A DNA stretch of 64,000 nt from an uncultured Actinomycetota bacterium (GTDB lineage Bacteria > Actinomycetota > Actinomycetes > Nanopelagicales > Nanopelagicaceae), in contig CAVVSA010000001.1 of the NCBI GenBank assembly GCA_963750855.1, positions 132,928 to 196,927 on the forward strand, in the 5' to 3' direction. Both the position numbers and the translations under genes were made by a program. Each line of letters starts with the position of its first letter. The first letter of the stretch is position 1. Of the stretch, positions 28,188-35,662 are shown piece by piece. Below the pieces are notes generated by a model. It was given only the letters and a program-made list of their open reading frames with translations, searched no databases and was not told where the DNA came from.

Positions 28188-28896
28188 ATGAAGCGCAGTA
28201 AGAAATACACCGCAGCAGCGGAAAAAGTTATCAAGGATCACCTATACACACCTCTTGAGGCCGTGACACTTGCTCGCGAAACCTCAACCACGAAATACGA
28301 TGCAACCGTTGAAGTTGCTCTATTGCTCGGTGTGGATCCAAAGAAGGCCGATCAAGCAATCCGAAGCACGGTCAACTTGCCACACGGAACAGGTAAGACT
28401 GTTCGCGTTCTTGTGTTCGCAGGTGGAGCTCGTGCTGACGAAGCACGTGCCGCTGGTGCCGACATCGTTGGTTCAGATGAATTGATCGATGAAGTTGCAA
28501 AGGGCCGTCTTGATTACGACGCCGTTGTAGCAACACCAGATTTGATGGGCAAGGTTGGTCGTCTTGGAAAGGTTCTTGGACCTCGCGGACTTATGCCAAA
28601 CCCAAAGACCGGAACCGTTACAACTGATGTTGCCAAGGCAGTTACCGATATCAAGGGTGGAAAGATCGAGTTCCGCGTTGATAAGAACTCAAACCTTCAC
28701 TTCATCATCGGCAAGACTTCCTTCACCGCAGCCGCAACTGGCCGAGAACTACGCAGCAGCCCTCGATGAGGTAAACCGCGCAAAGCCATCTGCATCAAAG
28801 GGCCGCTACATCCGCAAGGCAGTGATCTCAACAACGATGGGACCTGGCATTGCTGTCGATCCCAACATCACACGTGAGGCTAGTTCAGCCGAATAA
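28188..28896 (+). pseudogene. rplA: 50S ribosomal protein L1, single frameshift as sequenced
   Basis: Frame 1 (28188-28769) gives canonical L1 up to ...[12 protein letters not shown]. Frame 2 continues [43 protein letters not shown] to the TAA at 28894-28896. The one-base discrepancy is within 28728-28738 (GCAGCCGCAA). Confidence 0.9.
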
Positions 28897-28908
28897 ATTC
28901 TGTGTAGT

Positions 28909-28986
28909 AACCCCCGTCGTGGGTGGGCTTGAGACTGCTTCGCTTTACGTCTCGGCGCGCCACCCACCTACGGGGGTTATTTCTTT
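28909..28986 (+). terminator. long hairpin plus T-rich tail after rplA
   Basis: AACCCCCGT(C)GTGGGTGG ... CCACCCAC(C)TACGGGGGTT, followed by ATTTCTTT. The loop is about 33 nt. Confidence 0.5.
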
Positions 28987-29011
28987 GCTCAATTTGCCCA
29001 CAGGTGCTTTC

Positions 29012-29035
29012 TCCAGTATTCTCGGTTTTACTGGA
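29012..29035 (+). promoter_or_regulatory. inverted repeat upstream of the ArsR-rhodanese gene (candidate operator)
   Basis: TCCAGTA-N10-TACTGGA lies 14 nt upstream of the ATG at 29049. Confidence 0.3.
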
Positions 29036-29048
29036 ATAAGGGGGCATA

Positions 29049-29723
29049 ATGAGCAAGCGCGAGGCAAAGACGGCTCTCTACGAGCAGTTCGCCCGGATGG
29101 GCAAAGGTCTTGCCAGTCCCAAGCGTCTGGAGTTGCTGGACCTATTGGCCCAAGGAGATCGATCCGTTGAGGCGTTAGCAAGTGAGGCAGGTCTTGGTCT
29201 TTCTACAGCTTCCATGCATCTGCAGGCACTCAAAGAGTCAGGGTTGGTTGCCACTCAAAGGGAAGGCACAACAATTCGATACCGACTCAATGGGGACGAT
29301 GTTCGCACTCTTTTCGCGATGCTTCGCAATGTTGCCACGACGCACCTTGCCGAGGCAGAGCGCGCGGCAACGAAATATTTAGGCGGTGACCCTCACGATT
29401 TTTCAGATGCCGTTGAGCGGAGCGAATTACTCGAAAGCCTGAGCACGGGCGAAGTTGTTGTTTTGGATGTACGGCCGACCCTCGAGTTCGCAGCAGGCCA
29501 CGTCCCAGGCGCGCGTTCAGTTCCGCTTTCAGAATTAGATAAATTCATTTCCAACCTCAAGAGGGATCTCGATGTTGTGGTCTATTGCCGCGGCGCATAT
29601 TGCGTTCTGGCCTACGACGCAGTGAAAGCACTCAACAAAAAGGGATATAGAGCGCGTAGATTGCAAGAAGGAATGCTGGAGTGGCGCCTAGCTGGTTTGC
29701 CCGTTGAACAAAGTGTTGCTTAA
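29049..29723 (+). CDS. ArsR-family transcriptional regulator fused to a rhodanese domain
   Basis: 224 aa with an ArsR wHTH (LASPKRLELLDLL...STASMHLQALKESGLV) and a rhodanese domain with a CRGAYC active-site loop. Confidence 0.85.
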   Translation: MSKREAKTALYEQFARMGKGLASPKRLELLDLLAQGDRSVEALASEAGLGLSTASMHLQALKESGLVATQREGTTIRYRLNGDDVRTLFAMLRNVATTHLAEAERAATKYLGGDPHDFSDAVERSELLESLSTGEVVVLDVRPTLEFAAGHVPGARSVPLSELDKFISNLKRDLDVVVYCRGAYCVLAYDAVKALNKKGYRARRLQEGMLEWRLAGLPVEQSVA

Positions 29724-29759
29724 TAGGTATCCCCAACCAATGAATACAAGGAGTTCGAA

Positions 29760-30110
29760 ATGAAGGTACTGATGATCATCAACGGATCTGCCTACGGGCT
29801 GGATTCGACATACAACGCGATCCGTTTGGCCGGCTCACTAGCCAAGCGCGAAGACGTAGAAGTCACCGTCTTTCTCATGGGAGATGGCGTTACGGCTGCC
29901 ATGGCTAACCAGAAAACGCCGGATGGTTATTACAAACTTGATCGGATGCTTTCTATTGTCACTCGCCAAGGCGGAAAGATTGAATGCTGCGGTACGTGCA
30001 TGGATGCGCGCGGAATCACCGAAGAGATGCTTATCGAAGGTTCTGCGCGTTCAACGATGGACGCACTAACCGATGCCACATTGGCCGCTGACAAAGTTCT
30101 AGTTTTCTAA
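29760..30110 (+). CDS. DsrE/DsrF-family sulfur-relay protein
   Basis: 116 aa, with MKVLMIINGSAYG...FLMGDGV...CCGTCMDARGI. Confidence 0.8.
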   Translation: MKVLMIINGSAYGLDSTYNAIRLAGSLAKREDVEVTVFLMGDGVTAAMANQKTPDGYYKLDRMLSIVTRQGGKIECCGTCMDARGITEEMLIEGSARSTMDALTDATLAADKVLVF

Positions 30111-30132
30111 AATCAGCATCGGAAACTATTAG

Positions 30133-31318
30133 GTGAATATGACTGCTAGGCACCCGGCCCTTCAAGGACGTCCCTTGTACCTCGATTACAACGCGACTAC
30201 TCCTGTTGATCCCCGGGTTGCCTCGGTTATTTCTGATTTCATGGGAAGAGAATTTGGGAATCCCTCCAGTTCACATGCATATGGAGAGGTGGCGCAAAAC
30301 GCTTTGAAGCACGCTCGCAGCCAAATCGCCTCACTTATAGGGGCGAGGGACTCTGAGATCGTGTTCACTGCAAGCGGGTCAGAGGCAGATGCGCTCGCCA
30401 TTCGTGGCACGTTCCTGTCTGCTCTCGCCGACGGTCGTCCACATTTGCACATGATCACTCAGGTGACAGAACATCCTGCTGTGTTAGCGGCTTGCAGTGA
30501 ATTGGAAGAAATACATGGCGTCACAGTTACCTATTTACCAGTTGATGAGTTCGGCAAGGTCGACCCACGCGAGGTTGAGAAGGCAATAACTTCGGAGACT
30601 TTTCTCATTTCAATCATGCATGCGAACAACGAGACCGGCACGTTTCAGCCACTTGCACAGATTGCCGCGATCGCAAAAGCGCATTCGATACCTCTTCACT
30701 GTGACGCTGCGCAATCAATTGGCAAGATTGGTGTAAATGTCAGTGAATTAGGTGTCGACATGCTCACCATCGTTGGCCACAAGATGTATGCCCCGAAGGG
30801 AATTGCTGCGCTGTACGTGCGAAGCGGAGTGCGCTTGCGATCCATCATCGGTGGAGGCGGACAGGAGCGTGGGCTTCGCGCTGGTACTGAAAACGTCCCG
30901 TACGCTCTCGGCTTTGGCGAAGCCGCCGAACTGGCTGAAAAGTCTCTTGCAAGCGGAGAACAGCAGCGACTAATTACGTTGCTCAATCGGTTTGAGAGCA
31001 AACTGCGTGCAAACTTGGGCTCAGCGCTTCCATGTTCATGGACATCCAACAGACCACTTATCGAACACGATCAATTTCCGAATTGACGGTGTGTCAGCGC
31101 TTACTTTGTTGGCATCCATGCCCAGTGTCGCTGCCTCCGCAGGTTCGGCATGTCATGCGGGCAAAGACATACCATCGGCGGTTCTTCTGGCACTTGGCTC
31201 GGATCCTGCCGATGTGCTGAGTGCCGTTCGAGTTTCACTTGGTCGATGGTCCACCGCTGATGAGGTTGATCAAGCAGCAGCTCAAATAATTTCGACTGCC
31301 CGATACTCTTTCACCTGA
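30133..31318 (+). pseudogene. class V cysteine desulfurase (NifS/IscS-like), single frameshift as sequenced
   Basis: YLDYNATTPVDPRV, the PLP-lysine context (TIVGHKMYAPKG), then frame 2 from about 31031 gives HVHGHPTDHLSNTINF...ASAGSACHAG, the catalytic Cys loop. The discrepancy is at the CC at 31030-31031. Confidence 0.85.
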
Positions 31319-31352
31319 TTTAGCACCAGAAATAACTAACAAGGAGAAGTAA

Positions 31353-31737
31353 ATGAACTACGGAATGAGCCGAATAATCGATCGTCCGTTCGACGAGGTT
31401 AATGCCGAGGTGCGGGCAGCCCTTGCCGCGCAGAGTTTCGGGATTGTCAGCGAGATCGATATGCAAGCCACTTTAAGAACAAGATCGATGTCGACATTGA
31501 ACCGATGATTATTCTTGGTGCGTGCAACCCAAATACGCTAATGGCCGACGCTCAAGGCAGAGCCTTCCATTGGCCTGCTTCTTCCCTGCAATGTCGTCAT
31601 TCGACAGACCGAGCCCGGCGTAGTGGTGGAGATGATCAACCCCAGATGATGGTCAGATCACCGACAACGCTGACATGGCTCAGATTGCCGATGAGGTTAC
31701 CGAGATCTTTGGCTCGGCCCTTGCCAGCCTGAAGTAA
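31353..31737 (+). pseudogene. DUF302-family gene with three frame disruptions
   Basis: SD AAGGAGA plus ATG. The DUF302 pattern (FGIVSEIDMQATL / IILGACNP / EPSIGLLLPCNVVI / final IADEVTEIFGSALASLK) is only recovered by switching frame near 31475, near 31550 and at the C-run 31640-31643. Confidence 0.7.
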
Positions 31738-31860
31738 GGCTGATTATTCCAGGCTCATTTTGACGAGGGTAGGCCTCAGCGCCTACCCTTACGTTCTCAC
31801 CAAAGACCGCTGGTGCGGGAACTAAGAGATTAGTGCTCGTTTAAGTGTCAGTAGACATCC

Positions 31861-31920
31861 CGCGTAGGTTCTCACGTTAAACCCGTGCGCATCTACGCGT
31901 AACGGGTTTATTGCATTTTA
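31861..31920 (+). promoter_or_regulatory. candidate rplJ leader attenuator (two mutually exclusive hairpins)
   Basis: CGCGTAG (31861-67) pairs with CTACGCG (31893-99). Alternatively, TAAACCCGT (31878-86) pairs with ACGGGTTTA (31902-10), followed by TTGCATTTTA. Each hairpin sequesters one arm of the other. It lies 80 nt upstream of rplJ. Confidence 0.4.
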
Positions 31921-31989
31921 TGGCGACTTTGTTTGAAATTTACGTTACATGAGTGGCGTGATCTGATCTATGACAGAAAGGTGAACCGA

Positions 31990-32484
31990 ATGGCTCGCCC
32001 AGATAAAGCAGCAGCAGTTGCAGAACTGACGGAAGATTTCCGCACAGCTACAGCAACTGTCCTCACCGAGTATCGCGGACTATCCGTGACCTTGATGAAG
32101 AAACTTCGCCGCGACCTTGGTAGTGATACCAAGTACTCCGTCGTGAAGAACACCCTCACAAAGATTGCCGCAAAAGAGGCTGGCTTTGATGTTCCTGCGG
32201 AACTTCTTACCGGACCATCTGCGCTTGCATTCATCAAGGGTGACGCAATCGTTGCGGCCAAGAGTCTGCGCGATTTCGCCAAAGAAAATCCCTTCCTTGT
32301 TATCAAGGGTGGAATTTACGAAGGCAAGAACGTTACCGCAGCCGAAATTTACAAGTTAGCCGATCTGGAATCACGCGAAGTCCTCTTGGCCAAGCTTGCT
32401 GGCGCGATGAAGGCGACTATGGCCAACGCCATTCGCACCATCGATGCGCTTCGCGATCAAGGAAAGAAGAAGGCTCACCAGTAG
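31990..32484 (+). CDS. rplJ: 50S ribosomal protein L10
   Basis: The ATG at 31990 follows GAAAGGTG. Product is [33 protein letters not shown]..., 164 aa to the TAG at 32482-32484. The ORF-track start at 31933 is an upstream extension. Confidence 0.9.
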   Translation: MARPDKAAAVAELTEDFRTATATVLTEYRGLSVTLMKKLRRDLGSDTKYSVVKNTLTKIAAKEAGFDVPAELLTGPSALAFIKGDAIVAAKSLRDFAKENPFLVIKGGIYEGKNVTAAEIYKLADLESREVLLAKLAGAMKATMANAIRTIDALRDQGKKKAHQ

Positions 32485-32623
32485 TCGCTGAAGCCGTTGC
32501 GGAAGCACCAGCAGAGGCTGTTGCTGAAGCCGTCGTTGAAGCACCTGCCGTCGAGGCAGTTGTCGAAACACCAGTTGTTACCGAAGAAGTTCAAGCCCCA
32601 GTAGGGAAGAAAAGGAATAAATC

Positions 32624-33007
32624 ATGGCAAAGCTCAGCACAGAGGACCTATTGGGTCAGTTCAAGGAAATGACATTGGTCGAACTCTCAGAGTTCGTAAA
32701 GTCATTTGAGGTCGAATTCGATGTTAAGGCATCAGCACCAGTTGCAGTTGCTGCAGCCGGTGGCGCAGGTGGCGGAGAAGAAGCAGCAGCACAAGATGAG
32801 TTCACACTCACCTTGGAAAGCGCTGGCGCTCAGAAGATCGCCGTCATCAAGGAAGTACGTGGCATTAACTCAAGCCTTGGCTTGAAAGAGGCCAAGGACA
32901 TCGTCGATGCTGCTCCAGCAGTATTGATCGAAAAGGGAACCAAGGAAGCAGTAGAGAAGGCAAAGGCAGCACTTGAGGCAGCCGGAGCAACAGTTTCCGT
33001 TAAGTAA
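32624..33007 (+). CDS. rplL: 50S ribosomal protein L7/L12
   Basis: 127 aa, with [26 protein letters not shown]... an Ala-rich hinge ...[25 protein letters not shown]. Confidence 0.96.
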   Translation: MAKLSTEDLLGQFKEMTLVELSEFVKSFEVEFDVKASAPVAVAAAGGAGGGEEAAAQDEFTLTLESAGAQKIAVIKEVRGINSSLGLKEAKDIVDAAPAVLIEKGTKEAVEKAKAALEAAGATVSVK

Positions 33008-33023
33008 TTTAGCTGCACCCTAC

Positions 33024-33117
33024 GAACGCCCTCGCCTATGAACTGAACCCCTTCAGTCGGGACTCCTAATTAAGTCTCCAACTTCCGGGGTTCAGTTCAC
33101 TAACGGTGGGGGCGTTC
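33024..33117 (+). repeat. 94-nt compound inverted repeat after rplL
   Basis: The outer arms are GAACGCCC/GGGCGTTC. The inner arms are a perfect 13 bp, TGAACTGAACCCC/GGGGTTCAGTTCA, with a 35-nt loop. No T-tract follows. Confidence 0.4.
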
Positions 33118-33195
33118 GGCATTCCACATTGAATAATTCTCCACCGTTATCTCATTAATTCATGTTGCAGTGAAGCTGAACTCCACCATTTCCCC

Positions 33196-33486
33196 GTGGG
33201 AAATTGGAAACCGATTTGGATTGCGTCCCTTGAAATCAGCGATCCGATTAGAGAGAAAATTCAGGCTAAGCACCACGTAGATCCGGACGAACTTCTCTCC
33301 CACCTCATATGCAATCTGAGCGCGAGAGGTAGATTCGTCTACAACTTGGAGCACGGTGAGCGCTACCTGATATATGTTCAAGTGAGACCTGGCAAAATAT
33401 TCGAGGTTCATGCAAATTTGGTTCATTCTGATTACTCTGCGTGGTCTTTAAGAACTGCCCGAATTGTTGTGAGAATTCCAGAGTAA
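33196..33486 (+). CDS. small toxin-like protein (BrnT/DUF4258-style motif), weakly supported
   Basis: 96-aa ORF with a GTG start and no clear SD. Has an IREKIQAKHHVDPDELLSHL segment and a C-terminal LRTAR, reminiscent of small RNase-toxin families. A competing antisense ORF exists at 33160-33426. Confidence 0.35.
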   Translation: MGNWKPIWIASLEISDPIREKIQAKHHVDPDELLSHLICNLSARGRFVYNLEHGERYLIYVQVRPGKIFEVHANLVHSDYSAWSLRTARIVVRIPE

Positions 33487-33501
33487 GAGGGATAATAAAT
33501 C

Positions 33502-33690
33502 GTGAGCAAAATCGTAAAGGCAACTCCAACCGAGGCCGATCTGTGTCTTGATGATGAAAGTGATCCAGTCTTGGAAATGCTGGACGACCCGAAGAACAGC
33601 ACTGAGGAGATCTTCGCGTTCTTGGGCTGGAAACCGATGCCCGCAGCCGTCAGAGAAGCGATTACCTCAATGGACTCTGAATCAAAGTAG
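33502..33690 (+). CDS. small acidic protein (possible partner of the upstream ORF)
   Basis: 62 aa with a GTG start 9 nt after AGAGGGA. Strongly acidic, with no recognisable DNA-binding fold. Confidence 0.35.
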   Translation: MSKIVKATPTEADLCLDDESDPVLEMLDDPKNSTEEIFAFLGWKPMPAAVREAITSMDSESK

Positions 33691-33770
33691 TTTTCGTGTT
33701 AGATGGTCAAACTTTTTATAAGTGCGATATTCAGTCACGCGATTACTCCTCGAAGCGTTATACCTGATAC

Positions 33771-34979
33771 ATGAATACGACTCGTTCTCTCAAGTTCGGT
33801 GTAATTACCGTTTTTGGATTATTGCTTGCTTCCTTCCTGGTTCAGAGTTTTGCGTCGAAAACGGTCCAGCCTCTTACAACAAAGGGAGCTAAGCCAGCAG
33901 TTGCAGGTCGCGATTACACCCACCTGTACACGATCGTTTCACCTGGAAATGGAAAATCCACAGCATCGGTTAACCCGCTCGCAATTCGCGAGGATGGTAG
34001 CGCCATCATTTCTTATGTCCCACCCGGGGCAACCGAAAGGTTGGCCGTACAGTCGCAGCTTGGTATTCAGAATGGAAGCTCACGCACGTGGTTTCCCATT
34101 CAGAAAAGTTCTAAACCCCGTAACGCCTTTGAGGCAGTCAGTAGTGGCAAGTCCATCTTTTGGGGCGAAACACCGAACACGAACCTGGCTTTAGATTGGA
34201 GATTGTTCTCCTTGGCCGCTGGGCAACATGTCCCTACGCGAATCGCCGATTCTTTTGATTTGCTGAAGACCACCAATATTCCCTCTCCAGTCGGAGAGCA
34301 CATGCTCGCTACGGATGGTTCAAATGTCTGGTGGACGATGGTGTACCCGTCATCGAAAAACCCCTACGGATGGGGTTATCGAATCATGGTTCGAGATATT
34401 GGTGCGCGCAAACCTTTGAAGATAGCCGTCGATAAAGCAAAGTCGCCCGTCGCAATTGCGCGAGGACTCATCTACGCACGATCGAAAGACGTGGACCCGA
34501 ATATGGCGTCGAATCGCTATGAGTTTCGATTGCTCAAGAATGGCGTCGATACGCTGATCACGGCAGGTTCGTTAGCCAAGGACGAGTACCTCTCTTCTTC
34601 ATGCGCGTCCGACACTCTCCTTGCTTGGACCGTGGGATCAGTAAATTCTCAACCGCTGAATCCGAATTATGTTGTGCCCGATGGGCATCTACATGTCATC
34701 AAGTTGGCGACCAAAGTTCAACAGGTGGTCACCCTGAGCGATTCTGCGACGGGTATGAGCCTAGGTTGCGGTACCAACTTTGTTGCCTGGGGAGATGGAA
34801 CCGGTGCAGGCGATGGTGGGCAGTACGTCATGAATGTGCCAAGTGGAAAGATCTGGAAAGTGGGTTCGGCCCCAGGGCTCAGTGAGGTTCGTGTTGCCGG
34901 CAATTATCTCGCTTGGACATTACCGATTCCCTCGGATGGGGCCGCACCAACGCGGGTCGTGAAATGGCACGGGGTTTGA
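33771..34979 (+). CDS. secreted repeat protein (possible beta-propeller), hypothetical
   Basis: 402 aa with a signal peptide (LKFGVITVFGLLLASFLVQSFA) and recurring blade-like ...(F/A/W)W(G/T)... segments (IFWGE, VWWT, LAWT, VAWG, LAWT). Confidence 0.7.
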   Translation: MNTTRSLKFGVITVFGLLLASFLVQSFASKTVQPLTTKGAKPAVAGRDYTHLYTIVSPGNGKSTASVNPLAIREDGSAIISYVPPGATERLAVQSQLGIQNGSSRTWFPIQKSSKPRNAFEAVSSGKSIFWGETPNTNLALDWRLFSLAAGQHVPTRIADSFDLLKTTNIPSPVGEHMLATDGSNVWWTMVYPSSKNPYGWGYRIMVRDIGARKPLKIAVDKAKSPVAIARGLIYARSKDVDPNMASNRYEFRLLKNGVDTLITAGSLAKDEYLSSSCASDTLLAWTVGSVNSQPLNPNYVVPDGHLHVIKLATKVQQVVTLSDSATGMSLGCGTNFVAWGDGTGAGDGGQYVMNVPSGKIWKVGSAPGLSEVRVAGNYLAWTLPIPSDGAAPTRVVKWHGV

Positions 34980-35007
34980 TCCATCTATCTGGAATAGTGC
35001 TACGGAC

Positions 35008-35038
35008 CTTACAAAGAATGTAAGTTTCATAGTAGTAT
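35008..35038 (+). promoter_or_regulatory. candidate AbiEi promoter with overlapping inverted repeat
   Basis: TTACAA (35009-14), 18 nt, TAGTAT (35033-38), with the ATG 7 nt after the -10, implying a leaderless mRNA. The inverted repeat CTTACA-aagaa-TGTAAG (35008-35024) overlaps the -35. Confidence 0.35.
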
Positions 35039-35044
35039 TTAGCC

Positions 35045-35662
35045 ATGGTTTCACCACTGGCATCGCTAAAACAGGGGGTTCTGCGCCCTCGCGACGCGGT
35101 TGAGATGTATTCCCAGCCTGCTCGGCAGTTCAATTACTGGGAAAAAGAAGGCGTATTACTAAAGGTAGCTCACGGTTACTTCGCACATATTCCAGAAACC
35201 TCCCGAAGTGGGCACTGGCGTCCAGAAATAGAGGCACTGGCTCTAGGAATTGGTCAAGCCGACTATGGGAAAAACGAAGTGGCTTTGATGCATATTTCTG
35301 CGGCAAGAATTCATGGGGCAATCCCTCGAGCCTTGGCTGTTGCGGTTGTTGCAGTTCCGAAAAGGCGTCCCAGCCTGGAAACAACCTGCGGACGAATTTT
35401 TTTTGTCCAGCGAAGCGTTGGCTCCCTGAAGAAGATTCGTATTGACACTGAACTTGCTACGGGCTGGTGTACCAGCATTGAACAGACGGCGCTTGACCTC
35501 GCCGGACGTCCTGATCTTGTTAAGGGATTAATTGCGGTAACACAAGAGGCGGCACGGACACTGTTTGATCGTGTAAGCGAGAAGAAATTGCAGGTCGTGA
35601 TTCGTGAACAGAGAATGGGGTCCGCACTAATTCGACTCAAGGCGTGGGCGAAAGATGCTTGA
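35045..35662 (+). CDS. AbiEi-family type IV antitoxin / transcriptional regulator
   Basis: 205 aa with an N-terminal AbiEi_4-like wHTH (GVLRPRDAVEMYSQPARQFNYWEKEGVLLKVAHGYF). 8-nt overlap with the AbiEii gene. Confidence 0.85.
   Translation: MVSPLASLKQGVLRPRDAVEMYSQPARQFNYWEKEGVLLKVAHGYFAHIPETSRSGHWRPEIEALALGIGQADYGKNEVALMHISAARIHGAIPRALAVAVVAVPKRRPSLETTCGRIFFVQRSVGSLKKIRIDTELATGWCTSIEQTALDLAGRPDLVKGLIAVTQEAARTLFDRVSEKKLQVVIREQRMGSALIRLKAWAKDA

Noticed and set aside
32485-32604. A 39-codon open frame continuing in the rplJ frame after its TAG, which could suggest stop-codon readthrough.
   Set aside because: The translation (SLKPLRKHQQRLLLKPSLKH...) is implausible, whereas the -1 frame over the same DNA is a clean Ala/Glu/Val/Pro-rich sequence. 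Readthrough is therefore not supported.
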